NCBI RefSeq assembly: GCF_009914755.1
Contig: NC_060933.1
Length of the DNA stretch: 64,000 nt
Reading direction: 5' to 3' (one strand)
Source of the DNA: the human T2T-CHM13v2.0 reference genome, Homo sapiens
Under the pieces are notes generated by a model. The model saw only the letters and a list, made by a program, of their open reading frames with translations, did not search any database and was not told the origin of the DNA. The number at the start of each line of letters is the position of its first letter. Within the stretch, counting starts at the first letter, position 1. The position numbers were made by a program, and so were the translations under genes. Of this stretch, positions 1 through 11,474 are shown one piece after another.

Positions 1-113
1 AGAGACGAGGTTTCGCCATGTTTCCCAGACTGTTCTCAAACTCCTGAGCTCAAAGCAGTCCACCCACCTTGGCCTCCCAGAGTTCTGGGATTACAGGTGT
101 GAGCCATCTTGCT
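1..113 (-). mobile_element. Alu 5' portion (antisense), cut by window edge
   Basis: ctcaaactcctgagctcaa...cctcccagagttctgggattacaggtgtgagcca is the reverse complement of the Alu left arm. Confidence 0.85.
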
Positions 114-458
114 CATTCTAGTTTAAACTTTTGAGTGGTTTGTGTCTCCTGATTGGACTCCTACAAATACAGAATTGATGCTAGGAAGGGTACCAGGAGA
201 TAGACGCACACAGATGGGATTTGGGAATAGGTTTGGTTATCCAAGGAGCAGTGCTGAGCTCCTTGCAATGGGATATGGGATGCTGGTGATTTCCAGGAAG
301 TGCGCTCACAATGACTCAAGCTGCCACATACTGTTGATTGTGAAATGCCAGTTGAAGCATATGTCCTGCAAGCTTAGGGGTGCTACAAGTTGACCACTGC
401 AGCAGTAAAGATGACTCTGAAGAATGGCGTGGGATGGTTCCTTTCAAATGCACTTGAG

Positions 459-905
459 CAGCGGTCTCCAACCACAGGGCCACAGAGCTGGAGGTGAGCA
501 GCAGGCGAGTGAAGGGAAACTTCATCTGTATTTCTAGCCCCTCCCATCGCTTGCATGACCACCTGAGCTCCATGTCCTGTCAGATCAGCAGCAGCATTAG
601 ATTGTCATAGGAGCACAAACTCTGTTGTGAAGTGTGCATGCGAGGGATCTAGGTTGTGTACTCCTTATGAGAATCTAATGCCTGATATTCTGTTACTGTC
701 TCCCATCACCCCAGGTGGACAGTCTAGTTGCAGGAAAACAAGCTCAGAGATCCCACTGAGTCTACATTATAGTGAGTTGTAGAATCATTTCATTATATAT
801 TACTATGTAGTAATAATAGAAATAAAGTGCACAATATATGTAATGCACTTGAATCATCCTGAAATTATTCCCTCATTCCCAGTCTGTGGAAAAATTGTCT
901 TCCAC
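459..905 (+). mobile_element. MER1A hAT-Charlie DNA transposon (older, diverged copy)
   Basis: Starts cagcggtctccaacc (TIR-like); contains gagggatctaggttg...ccttatgagaatctaatgcctgat and gttgcaggaaaacaagctcag; ends ggaaaaattgtcttccac. Confidence 0.8.
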
Positions 906-917
906 ACATTCACTCTG

Positions 918-1180
918 TTTTTTGGTAGAGGCAGGGTCTTAATATATTGCCCAGTCTGATCTCAAACTCCTGGCCTCAAGTAATATACCTCTCTCAGCCT
1001 CCCAAAGTGCTGAGATTACAGGCATAAGCCACCACCCTCAACCAAGAGTTTCTTAAACCAAATAAAAATTAAGTGAGATTACTTGAGCCCAGGTGGTCAA
1101 GGCTGCAGTGAGCCTGATTGCACCACTGCACTCCAGCCTAGGTGACAGAATGAGACTGTCTCAAAAAATAAAATAAAATA
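918..1180. mobile_element. Two Alu fragments (918-1040 antisense left arm; 1075-1180 sense right-arm end with A tail)
   Basis: cctcccaaagtgctgagattacaggc; gcaccactgcactccagcctaggtgacaga...aaaaaataaaataaaat. Confidence 0.75.
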
Positions 1181-1337
1181 CAAATTAACCCTTTATGACA
1201 TTCCCAGTAACTTCCTAAGTGCTCCCCACAAGTCTTTGAATTCTGTTTAATTTTCACATAACATTTAAGACATTTAAGAACTTATGTCTGTCTGTGTCAT
1301 CCCTTTATGTCAAAAGATGTCTTTTTGTCACTTCCAG

Positions 1338-1402
1338 CTGGATCTACCATGAAAGACTTGTGAATCCAGGAAGAGAGACTGACTGGGCAACATGTTATTC
1401 AG
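1338..1402 (+). ncRNA. Candidate 65-nt internal lncRNA exon
   Basis: Polypyrimidine acceptor ctttttgtcacttccAG at 1336-1337 and donor cag|GTacaa at 1403; size matches my recollection of an exon in this duplicon's lncRNA family (unverified). Confidence 0.45.
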
Positions 1403-1849
1403 GTACAAAAAGATTTGGACTGTAACTTAAAAATGATCAAATTATGTTTCCCATGCATCAGGTGCAATGGGAAGCTCTTCTGGAGAGTGAGAGAAGCTTC
1501 CAGTTAAGGTGACATTGAAGCCAAGTCCTGAAAGATGAGGAAGAGTTGTATGAGAGTGGGGAGGGAAGGGGGAGGTGGAGGGATGGGGAATGGGCCGGGA
1601 TGGGATAGCGCAAACTGCCCGGGAAGGGACACCAGCACTGTACAGACCTGAACAATGAAGATGGCATATTTTGTTCAGGGAATGGTGAATTAAGTGTGGC
1701 AGGAATGCTTTGTAGACACAGTAATTTGCTTGTATGGAATTTTGCCTGAGAGACCTCATTGCAGTTTCTGATTTTTTGATGTCTTCATCCATCACTGTCC
1801 TTGTCAAATAGTTTGGAACAGGTATAATGATCACAATAACCCCAAGCAT

Positions 1850-2010
1850 AATATTTTGTTAATTCTCACAGAATCACATGTAGGTGCCACAGTTATCCCC
1901 ATTTTATGAATGGAGTGATGAAAACCTTAGGAATAATGAATGATTTGCGCAGGCTCACCTGGATATTAAGACTGAGTCAAATGTTGGGTCTGGTCTGACT
2001 TTAATGTTTG
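1850..2010 (-). mobile_element. MIR fragment
   Basis: ttatccccattttatgaat...gatttgcgcaggctcac resembles the reverse-complemented MIR core. Confidence 0.5.
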
Positions 2011-2380
2011 CTTTGTTCATGAGCACCACATATTGCCTCTCCTATGCAGTTAAGCAGGTAGGTGACAGAAAAGCCCATGTTTGTCTCTACTCACACACTT
2101 CCGACTGAATGTATGTATGGAGTTTCTACACCAGATTCTTCAGTGCTCTGGATATTAACTGGGTATCCCATGACTTTATTCTGACACTACCTGGAGTTAG
2201 CACAGACCCCACAAGTTAGGGGCTCAGTCCCACGAGGCCATCCTCACTTCAGATGACAATGGCAAGTCCTAAGTTGTCACCATACTTTTGACCAACCTGT
2301 TACCAATCGGGGGTTCCCGTAACTGTCTTCTTGGGTTTAATAATTTGCTAGAACAGTTTACGGAACTCAGAAAAACAGTT

Positions 2381-2682
2381 TATTTTCTTTTTTTCTGAGA
2401 GAGAGGGTCTTATTTTGTTGCCCAGGCTGGTGTGCAATGGTGCAGTCATAGCTCATTGCAGCCTTGATTGTCTGGGTTCCAGTGGTTCTCCCACCTCAGC
2501 CTCCCTAGTAGCTGAGACTACATGCCTGCACCACCACATCTGGCTAGTTTCTTTTATTTTTTGTATAGATGGGGTCTTGTTGTGTTGGCCAGGCTGGCCA
2601 CAAATTCCTGGTCTCAAGTGATCCTCCCACCTCAGCCTCTGAAAGTGCTGGGATTACAGATGTGAGCCACCACATCTGGCCA
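2381..2682 (-). mobile_element. AluJ-like element
   Basis: T-rich tail followed by full antisense two-arm Alu ending ...cacatctggcc. Confidence 0.85.
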
Positions 2683-2734
2683 GTTCATTTCCTATTACTG
2701 GTTCATTGTGAAGGATACATCTCAGAAACAGTCA

Positions 2735-3060
<326 letters not shown>

Positions 3061-3564
3061 TACCCAGGGAAAGTTAAGTTCGGAGGGGCACAGAGCTCCC
3101 ATGCCCTCTGTTGAACATGCGACCCTCCCAGCATCTCCTGTGTCCAGCAACCCTGAAAGCTCCGCAAACCCCTTTCAGGGTGTTTATGGAGGCTTTATTA
3201 TGCAAGCATGATTGATAAAACCTTTGGCTGTTGGTGATTAAGTCAGTCTCCAGCCCCTCTTCCCCCTGGAGTTCAGTGCATGAGGCTGAAAGTTCCAAGC
3301 CTCTTACCATGTGGTTTCATGGTAATCAGCCCTCCTCTTGAAGAAATTTAGGAGCTTGCAGTCACCCAGTCATCTCAACAACATCCCCAAATGCATTCTT
3401 ACCATGCTGGAGATCCCAAAGTTCTTAGAGGCTCTTGTGTTAGAAACCTGGGACCAAGACCAAATATTAAAACAAAAGATGCTCCTGTCACATCTATCAC
3501 TGAGGTCTTTGTAAGAGCTTTAGAAGCTCTGTGCCAGGAACCAGGGACAGAGATTAAATATATA

Positions 3565-3940
3565 TTTCTTTTCTTTTTTTTGAGACAGAATCTCCCTGTG
3601 CCATCCAGGCTGGAGTGCAGTGATGTGATCATAGCTCACTATAGCTTTGGCCTTCTGAGATCAAGCAATCCTCCCATCTCAACCTCCCAAGTAGCTAGGA
3701 CTACACATGCATGTCACCCATGCCCAGATCATTTTTGTAGAGTCAGAGTTTCACCGTGGTGGCCAGGTTGGCCATGTTGGCCAGATGGGGTCTTCTTTTG
3801 TTGCCCAGGCTGGCCACAAATTCCTGGGCTCAAGTGATCCTCCCACCTCGTCCTTGTAGAGATGAGATTTAGTTATGTCGTCCAGGCTGATCTCAAACTC
3901 CTGGGCTAAATCGATTGTCTCACCTCAGCCTCTCAAGTAT
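3565..3940 (-). mobile_element. Composite antisense Alu fragments
   Basis: tttttgagacag...caggctggagtgcagtg with a reiterated ccaggctg...ctcctgggct segment. Confidence 0.75.
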
Positions 3941-4221
3941 GTTATGAAGGTTATATGTTAGGAAGGGTCCCAGGAGGTAGACCCACACAGATGGGATTTG
4001 GGCATAGGTTTGGTTTCCCAGGGGGCAGTGCTGAGCTCTTTGCCAGTGGGAAATGGGATGCTGGTGATTTCCAGGAGGTGACCTCACAGTGACTCAAGCT
4101 ACCACTTACTGTTGTTTGTGACGAAATGCCAGCTGAGGCACATGCCTTGGGAGCTAAGTGGTTGCTGCCCTGGACCACTGTGAAGACTGGTGTGGGAAGG
4201 GTCGCTTTGGATGCACTTGAG

Positions 4222-4635
4222 CAGGGGTCCCCAACCCCTGAGCCATGGAGCCGCAAGGAGCCACACAGCAGGAGGTGAGCGGTGTCGAGTGAGGGAGTGA
4301 GGGAAGCTTCGTCTGTATTTACAGCCACTCCCCTTTGCTCACATTCCCGCCTGAGCTCCACCTTCTCAGATGAGCAGCAGCGTTAGATTCTCATAGGAGA
4401 ATGCACCCTGTTGTGAACCGTGCATGTGAGGGATCGAGGTTGCGCTGTCCTTATGAGAATCTAATACCTATTGATCTGTTACTTTCTCCCATCACGCTCA
4501 GGTGGGACCATCCAGTTGCAGGAAAACAAGCTTAACACGCCCACTGATTCTACATTATGGTGAGTTCTATAATTATTTTATTATATATTACAGTGTAATA
4601 ATGGAAATAAAGTGCCTAATAAATGCAAATGTGCT
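4222..4635 (+). mobile_element. MER1A, 3'-truncated (unit 1; copies at ~7631-8044 and ~11052-11464)
   Basis: Starts with TIR caggggtccccaacccc; internal MER1A motifs; fused directly to the 32-bp satellite instead of its right TIR. Confidence 0.85.
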
Positions 4636-5799
4636 TACATCTTTTGGCCCAGCTCCTACCTCCCGGCAGCCTCTCCAGGCCCAGAACTTTCTCCAGTCAG
4701 CCTCTACAGACCAAGCTCATGACTCTCAATGGCCTATTTAGGCCCATACCCTACGTCACGGCAGCCTCCGCAGATGAGGCTACTGCCTCACAACAGCCTC
4801 CACAGGCACAGCTCCATCGTTACAATGGCCTCTTTAGACCCAGCTCCTGCCTCCCAGCCTTCTCTCCAGGCCCTGAACATTCTCAGTAAGTTCAGGTAGC
4901 TGGGACTGTAGGTATACATGATGATACTTGGCTAATTTTTAAATTGTTTTGTAGACACGGGGTCTCACTTTGTTGGCCAGGCTGGTGTCAAACTAATGGC
5001 CTCAAGTGACCCTTCCACCCCTGCCTCCCATCCTCGAGGCATGTGCCACCACAAGGAGCACTTGTTCAATTTTCTAAAAAAAAAATTTCTAAAGTAAGGC
5101 TGTGGGATGATGGCAGGAAGATAAAAGAAAAACAGAAGAATAAGTTAAAATGACTTATTCACGCATATTCTTTTGACAGCAAGAAGAACTTTTAGTATGT
5201 ACATTCCTTACAAACAAACAAAAGGCAGATAAACAATGTTGTATAGGAACTTCAACACACACTGTACAATATTCCCACTTTGCTGACATAAGTTATGGAA
5301 ATTTCATGGTTTACTTGAGTGTCGCTACCAGTATTTTGCTTCTCTGATGATTTTTATCAACTTCCTCATCTGTTAACTTCTCTCCAAGGTATGTCATGTC
5401 ACGACATACTGCCGCTGCACGAACATGGCCAGTGTCTTCCTATTCAACATGTAGAATGCTTTCCTAATTTCTCTTTTTACTCTCTGTCTTTGTGTTCTGC
5501 ATTTTCCTTACTTTTATTGTCAGAAACTCCAGAAAGTCAATCGTACTAATTTATCACGATTTGCTTTATTAATTTATACATTGCTTATATGGAATTTTGC
5601 CCAGCAGACCTCATTACAATTTCTAACCTGTTTTATTTTGTTTTTTTTTCTGAGACAGGGTCTCCCTCTGTTGTCCAAGGCTGGAGTGTAGTAGTGCTAT
5701 CGCAGCTGACTGCAGCCTCAACCTTCCAGGCTGAAACGATCCTCCCACCTCAACCTCCCACGTGGCTGAGACTACAGGTGCTTGCCACTATGCCCAACT

Positions 5800-5927
5800 A
5801 ACATTTGGAATTTTCGTATACGTGGATTCCAGAGGGGTGACAGCAAAACGTGAGTAAGCATGGATTTTGGTATATGCAGAGATGGGGGGCTGGAACTAAT
5901 TCTGTATACTGAGGGACGACGACTGTA
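5800..5927 (+). mobile_element. MER2-like (TcMar-Tigger) 3' fragment (copy at ~9220-9347)
   Basis: ggattttggtatatgcag...ctggaactaat...tactgagggacgacgactgta resembles the MER2 end. Confidence 0.55.
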
Positions 5928-6030
5928 TATGTTTTTACAATTACGCTGTGGGATACATACTGTTGCATAGCCTTGAAAATAATAATTTTTAATTGAGTGG
6001 AATAAGAATAATATTGATAAAAGTAGCAGC

Positions 6031-6330
6031 TGGCCAGGTGTGGTGGCTCACACTGGTAATCGCAACACTTTGGGAGGCTGAGACAGGAGGATGGCTTGAG
6101 GCCAAGAGTTTGCGATAGGCCTTGGAAATAAAGGGGGAGTCACCATCCCTACAGAAAAATACATGAATTAGCCTAGTGTGGTGGCATGTTCCTGTAGTCC
6201 CAGCTACTTGGGAGGCTGAGGTGGGAGGATCACTTGAGCCCAGGGAGGCTGAGACTGCAGTGAGTCATGATCAGGCCTCTGCACTCCAGCCTGGGTGACA
6301 GAGTGAGACCCTGTCTCAAAACAACAAAAA
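6031..6330 (+). mobile_element. AluJ-like (copy at ~9452-9751)
   Basis: ggccaggtgtggtggctcac ... gagaccctgtctcaaaacaacaaaaa. Confidence 0.85.
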
Positions 6331-6919
6331 AGTAGCAGCTAACATCAACTGACCTTTTACCAGGTGCCTATTGATACCATAGTTTAATTTCTTATAACTG
6401 TTTCTTATTTCACTTACCAACTCTGTCTTCAGTTACTCCCAGATTTTTACTGTGTGTGTACAGATGACCTTTTGTTTAGATTGAATTGTCTCCCCAGAAG
6501 TAAGATTACTGTGAGTCATGGTGAATGGACATTCTCCTTACCCTTGATGTAAATTGACAGGGTTTTGGGTGCCTCCCAGCTATAATCTTAGCACTTTGGG
6601 AGGCTAAGAGAGGAGGATTGCTTGAGGCCAAGAGTTGGAGGAGGCAGTATGGCAGTATGGTGAGACCCTGTCTCCATTATTTTAAAAAATTGACAGGCTT
6701 TACCCGGGAAGGCTTATACACAATTTAAACACCCCTCATAGTATAAGAAGGTGCCCATTTCACTGCACCTTTGCCAGCACAGGGTATTATAATTTAGTAA
6801 GTCATTTTTTGTTTGATTATTTTACATAGACAAAAGAACTCATATTACTTTACTTGTCACATTTCAACATCTTTCCTCAGCTTATTAGCTCTATTTCTTT
6901 TCTGTCTGTAAATGGTTGT

Positions 6920-7208
6920 TGTTGTTTTGTTCTTTGAGACAGGGTCTTGCTCTGTCACCAGGCTGGACTGTAGTGGCATAATCATGCCTCACTGCAGCCT
7001 TGACCTCCCAGGCTCAAACTTCCGCATTCCGAGTAGCTGGGACTACAAGTGTGCACTACCACCACCAGCTAACTTTTTTCTTCTTTTGGATAGAGACAGG
7101 GTCTCACTCTGTTGTCCAGACCGGTCTCTAGCTCCTGGCCTTAAGCAATCCTCCTGCATTAGCTTCTCAAATTGCTGGAATTTCAGGCCTGAGCCACCAT
7201 GCCTGGCC
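6920..7208 (-). mobile_element. AluJ-like (copy at ~10341-10629)
   Basis: ttgagacagggtcttgctctgtcaccaggctgg ... gagccaccatgcctggcc. Confidence 0.85.
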
Positions 7209-10200
7209 TGGGCTAGTCCTATATTCTCTAGAGTTCTCTTTACTTTGTGCTAGCCAATCTCTCATTATGCTGTTCACCTGTTATAATGAATAATTCTCTG
7301 TATTAAATTTTACCACTTTAAACTTTTGAGTGGTTTATGCTTCCTGATTGGACTCTGACTAATATGTTAGGAAGGGTCCCAGGAGGTAAACCCACACAGA
7401 TGGGATTTGGGCATAGGTTTGGTTTCCCAGGGGGCAGTGCTGAGCTCTTTGCCAGTGGGAAATGGGATGCTGGTGATTTCCAGTAGGTGACCTCACAGTG
7501 ACTCAAGCTACCACTTACTGTTGATTGTGACGAAATGCCAGCTGAGGCACATGCCTTGGGAGCTAAGTGGTTGCTGCCCTGGACCACTGTGAAGACTGGT
7601 GTGGGAAGGGTCGCTTTGGATGCACTTGAGCAGGGGTCCCCAACCCCTGAGCCATGGAGCCGCAAGGAGCCACACAGCAGGAGGTGAGCGGTGTCGAGTG
7701 AGGGAGTGAGGGAAGCTTCGTCTGTATTTACAGCCACTCCCCTTTGCTCACATTCCCGCCTGAGCTCCACCTTCTCAGATGAGCAGCAGCGTTAGATTCT
7801 CATAGGAGAACGCACCCTGTTGTGAACCGTGCATGTGAGGGATCGAGGTTGCGCTGTCCTTATGAGAATCTAATACCTATTGATCTGTCACTTTCTCCCA
7901 TCACGCTCAGGTGGGACCATCCAGTTGCAGGAAAACAAGCTTAACACGCCCACTGATTCTACATTATGGTGAGTTCTATAATTATTTTATTATATATTAC
8001 AGTGTAATAATGGAAATAAAGTGCCTAATAAATGCAAATGTGCTTACATCTTTTGGCCCAGCTCCTACCTCCCGGCAGCCTCTCCAGGCCCAGAACTTTC
8101 TCCAGTCAGCCTCTACAGACCAAGCTCATGACTCTCAATGGCCTATTTAGGCCCATACCCTACGTCACGGCAGCCTCCGCAGATGAGGCTACTGCCTCAC
8201 AACAGCCTCCACAGGCACAGCTCCATCGTTACAATGGCCTCTTTAGACCCAGCTCCTGCCTCCCAGCCTTCTCTCCAGGCTCTGAACTTTCTCAGTAAGT
8301 TCAGGTAGCTGGGACTGTAGGTATATATGACGATACTTGGCTAATTTTTAAATTGTTTTGTAGACACGGGGTCTCACTTTGTTGGCCAGGCTGGTGTCAA
8401 ACTAATGGCCTCAAGTGACCCTTCCACCCCTGCCTCCCATCCTCGAGGTATGTGCCACCACAGGGAGCACTTGTTCAATTTTCTAAAAAAGAAATTTCTA
8501 AAGTAAGGCTGTGGGATGATGGCAGGAAGATAAAAGAAAAACAGAAGAATAAGTTAAAATGACTTATTCACACATATTCTTTTGACAGCAAGAAGAACTT
8601 TTAGTATATACATTCCTTAAAAACAAACAAAAGGCAGATAAACAATGTTGTATAGGAACTTCAACACACACTGTACAATATTCCCACTTTGCTGACATAA
8701 GTTATGGAAATTTCATGGTTTACTTGAGTGTCGCTACCAGTATTTTGCTTCTCTGATGATTTTTATCAACTTCCTCATCTGTTAACTTCTCTCCAAGGTA
8801 TGTCATGTCACGACATACTGCCGCTGCACGAACATGGCCAGTGTCTTCCTATTCAACATGTAGAATGCTTTCCTAATTTCTCTTTTTACTCTCTGTCTTT
8901 GTGTTCTGCATTTTCCTTACTTTTATTGTCAGAAACTCCAGAAAGTCAATCGTACTAATTTATCACGATTTGCTTTATTAATTTATACATTGCTTATATG
9001 GAATTTTGCCCAGCAGACCTCATCACAGTTTCTAACCTGTTTTATTTTTTATTTATTTATTTTTTTTGTTCTGAGACAGGGTCTCCCTCTGTTGTCCAAG
9101 GCTGGAGTGTAGTAGTGCTATCGCAGCTGACTGCAGCCTCAACCTTCCAGGCTGAAGTGATCCTCCCACCTCAGCCTCCCACGTGGCTGAGACTACAGGT
9201 GCTTGCCACTATGCCCAACTAACATTTGGAATTTTCGTATACGTGGATTCTAGAGGGGTGACAGCGAAACGTGAGTAAGCATGGATTTTGGTATATGCAG
9301 AGATGGGGGGCTGGAACTAATTCTGTATACTGAGGGATGACGACTGTGTATGTTTTTACAATTACGCTGTAGGATACATACTGTTGCATAGCCTTGAAAA
9401 TAATAATTTTTAATTGAGTGGAATAAGAATAATATTGATAAAAGTAGCAGCTGGCCAGGTGTGGTGGCTCACACTGGTAATCGCAACACTTTGGGAGGCT
9501 GAGGCAGGAGGATGGCTTGAGGCCAAGAGTTTGCGATAGGCCTTGGAAACAAAGGGGGAGTCACCATCCCTACAGAAAAATACATGAATTAGCCTAGTGT
9601 GGTGGCATGTTCCTGTAGTCCCAGCTACTTGGGAGGCTGAGGTGGGAGGATCACTTGAGCCCAGGGAGGCTGAGACTGCAGTGAGTCATGATCAGGCCTC
9701 TGCACTCCAGCCTGGGTGACAGAGTGAGACCCTGTCTCAAAACAACAAAAAAGTGGCAGCTAACATCAACTGACCTTTTACCAGGTGCCTATTGATACCA
9801 TAGTTTAATTTCTTATAAGTGTTTCTTATTTCACTTACCAACTCTGTCTTCAGTTACTCCCAGATTTTTACTGTGTGTGTACAGATGACCTGTTGCTTAG
9901 ATTGAATTGTCTCCCCAGAAGTAAGATTACTGTGAGTCATGGTGAATGGACATTCTCCTTACCCTTGATGTAAATTGACAGGGTTTTGGGTGCCTCCCAG
10001 CTATAATCTTAGCACTTTGGGAGGCTAAGAGAGGAGGATTGCTTGAGGCCAAGAGTTGGAGGAGGCAGTATGGCAGTATGGTGAGACCCTGTCTCCATTA
10101 TTTTAAAAAATTGACAGGCTTTACCCTGGAAGGCTTATACACAATTTAACCACCCCTCATAGTATAAGAAAGTGCCCATTTCACTGCACCTTTGCCAGCA

Positions 10201-11331
10201 CAGGGTATTATAATTTCGTAAGCCATTTTTTGTTTGATTATTTTAAATAGACAAAAGACCTCATATTACTTTACTTGTCACATTTCAACATCTTTCCTCA
10301 GCTTATTAGCTCTATTTCTTTTCTGTCTGTAAATGGTTGTTGTGGTTTTGTTCTTTGAGACAGGGTCTTGCTCTGTCACCAGGCTGGACTGTAGTGGCAT
10401 AATCATGCCTCACTGCAGCCTTGACCTCCCAGGCTCAAACTTCCGCATTCCGAGTAGCTGGGACTACAAGTGTGCACCACCACCCCCAGCTAACTTTTTT
10501 CTTCTTTTGGATAGAGACAGGGTCTCACTGTGTCGTCCAGAGCGGTCTCTAGCTCCTGGCCTTAAGCAATCCTCCTGCATTAGCTTCTGTAATGGCTGGA
10601 ATTTCAGGCATGAGCCACCATGCCTGGCCTGGGCTAGTCCCATATTCTCTAGAGTTCTCTTTACTCTGTGCTAGCCAATCTCTCATTATGCTGTTCACCT
10701 GTTATAATGAATAATTCTCTGTATTAAATTTTACCACTTTAAACTTTTGAGTGGTTTATGCTTCCTGATTGGACTCTGACTAATATGTTAGGAAGGGTCC
10801 CAGGAGGTAAACCCACACAGATGGGATTTGGGCATAGGTTTGGTTTCCCAGGGGGCAGTGCTGAGCTCTTTGCCAGTGGGAAATGGGGTGCTGGTGATTT
10901 CCAATAGGTGACCTCACAGTGACTCAAGCTACCACTTACTGTTGATTGTGACGAAATGCCAGCTGAGGCACATGCCTTGGGAGCTAAGTGGTTGCTGCCC
11001 TTGACCACTGTGAAGACTGGTGTGGGAAGGGTCGCTTTGGATGCACTTGAGCAGGGGTCCCCAACCCCTGAGCCATGGAGCCGCAAGGAGCCACACAGCA
11101 GGAGGTGAGCGGTGTCGAGTGAGGGAGTGAGGGAAGCTTCGTCTGTATTTACAGCCACTCCCCTTTGCTCACATTCCCGCCTGAGCTCCACCTTCTCAGA
11201 TGAGCAGCAGCATTAGATGCTCATAGGAGAACGCACCCTGTTGTGAACCGTGCATGTGAGGGATCGAGGTTGCGCTGTCCTTATGAGAATCTAATACCTA
11301 TTGATCTGTCACTTTCTCCCATCACGCTCAG

Positions 11332-11388
11332 GTGGGACCATCCAGTTGCAGGAAAAAAGCTTAACATGCCCACTAATTCTACATTATG
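11332..11388 (+). ncRNA. MER1A-derived small exon (57 nt here; 58 nt at 4502-4559 and 7911-7968)
   Basis: Upstream donor gag|GTGAGC at 11105, acceptor ctcAG at 11330-11331, donor atg|GTGAGT at 11389, next acceptor ttttggcccAG at 11480-11481 (227- and 93-nt introns); resembles the LOC729737-type structure from memory. Confidence 0.6.
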
Positions 11389-11474
11389 GTGAGTTCTATA
11401 ATTATTTTATTATATATTACAGTGTAATAATGGAAATAAAGTGCCTAATAAATGCAAATGTGCTTACATCTTTT

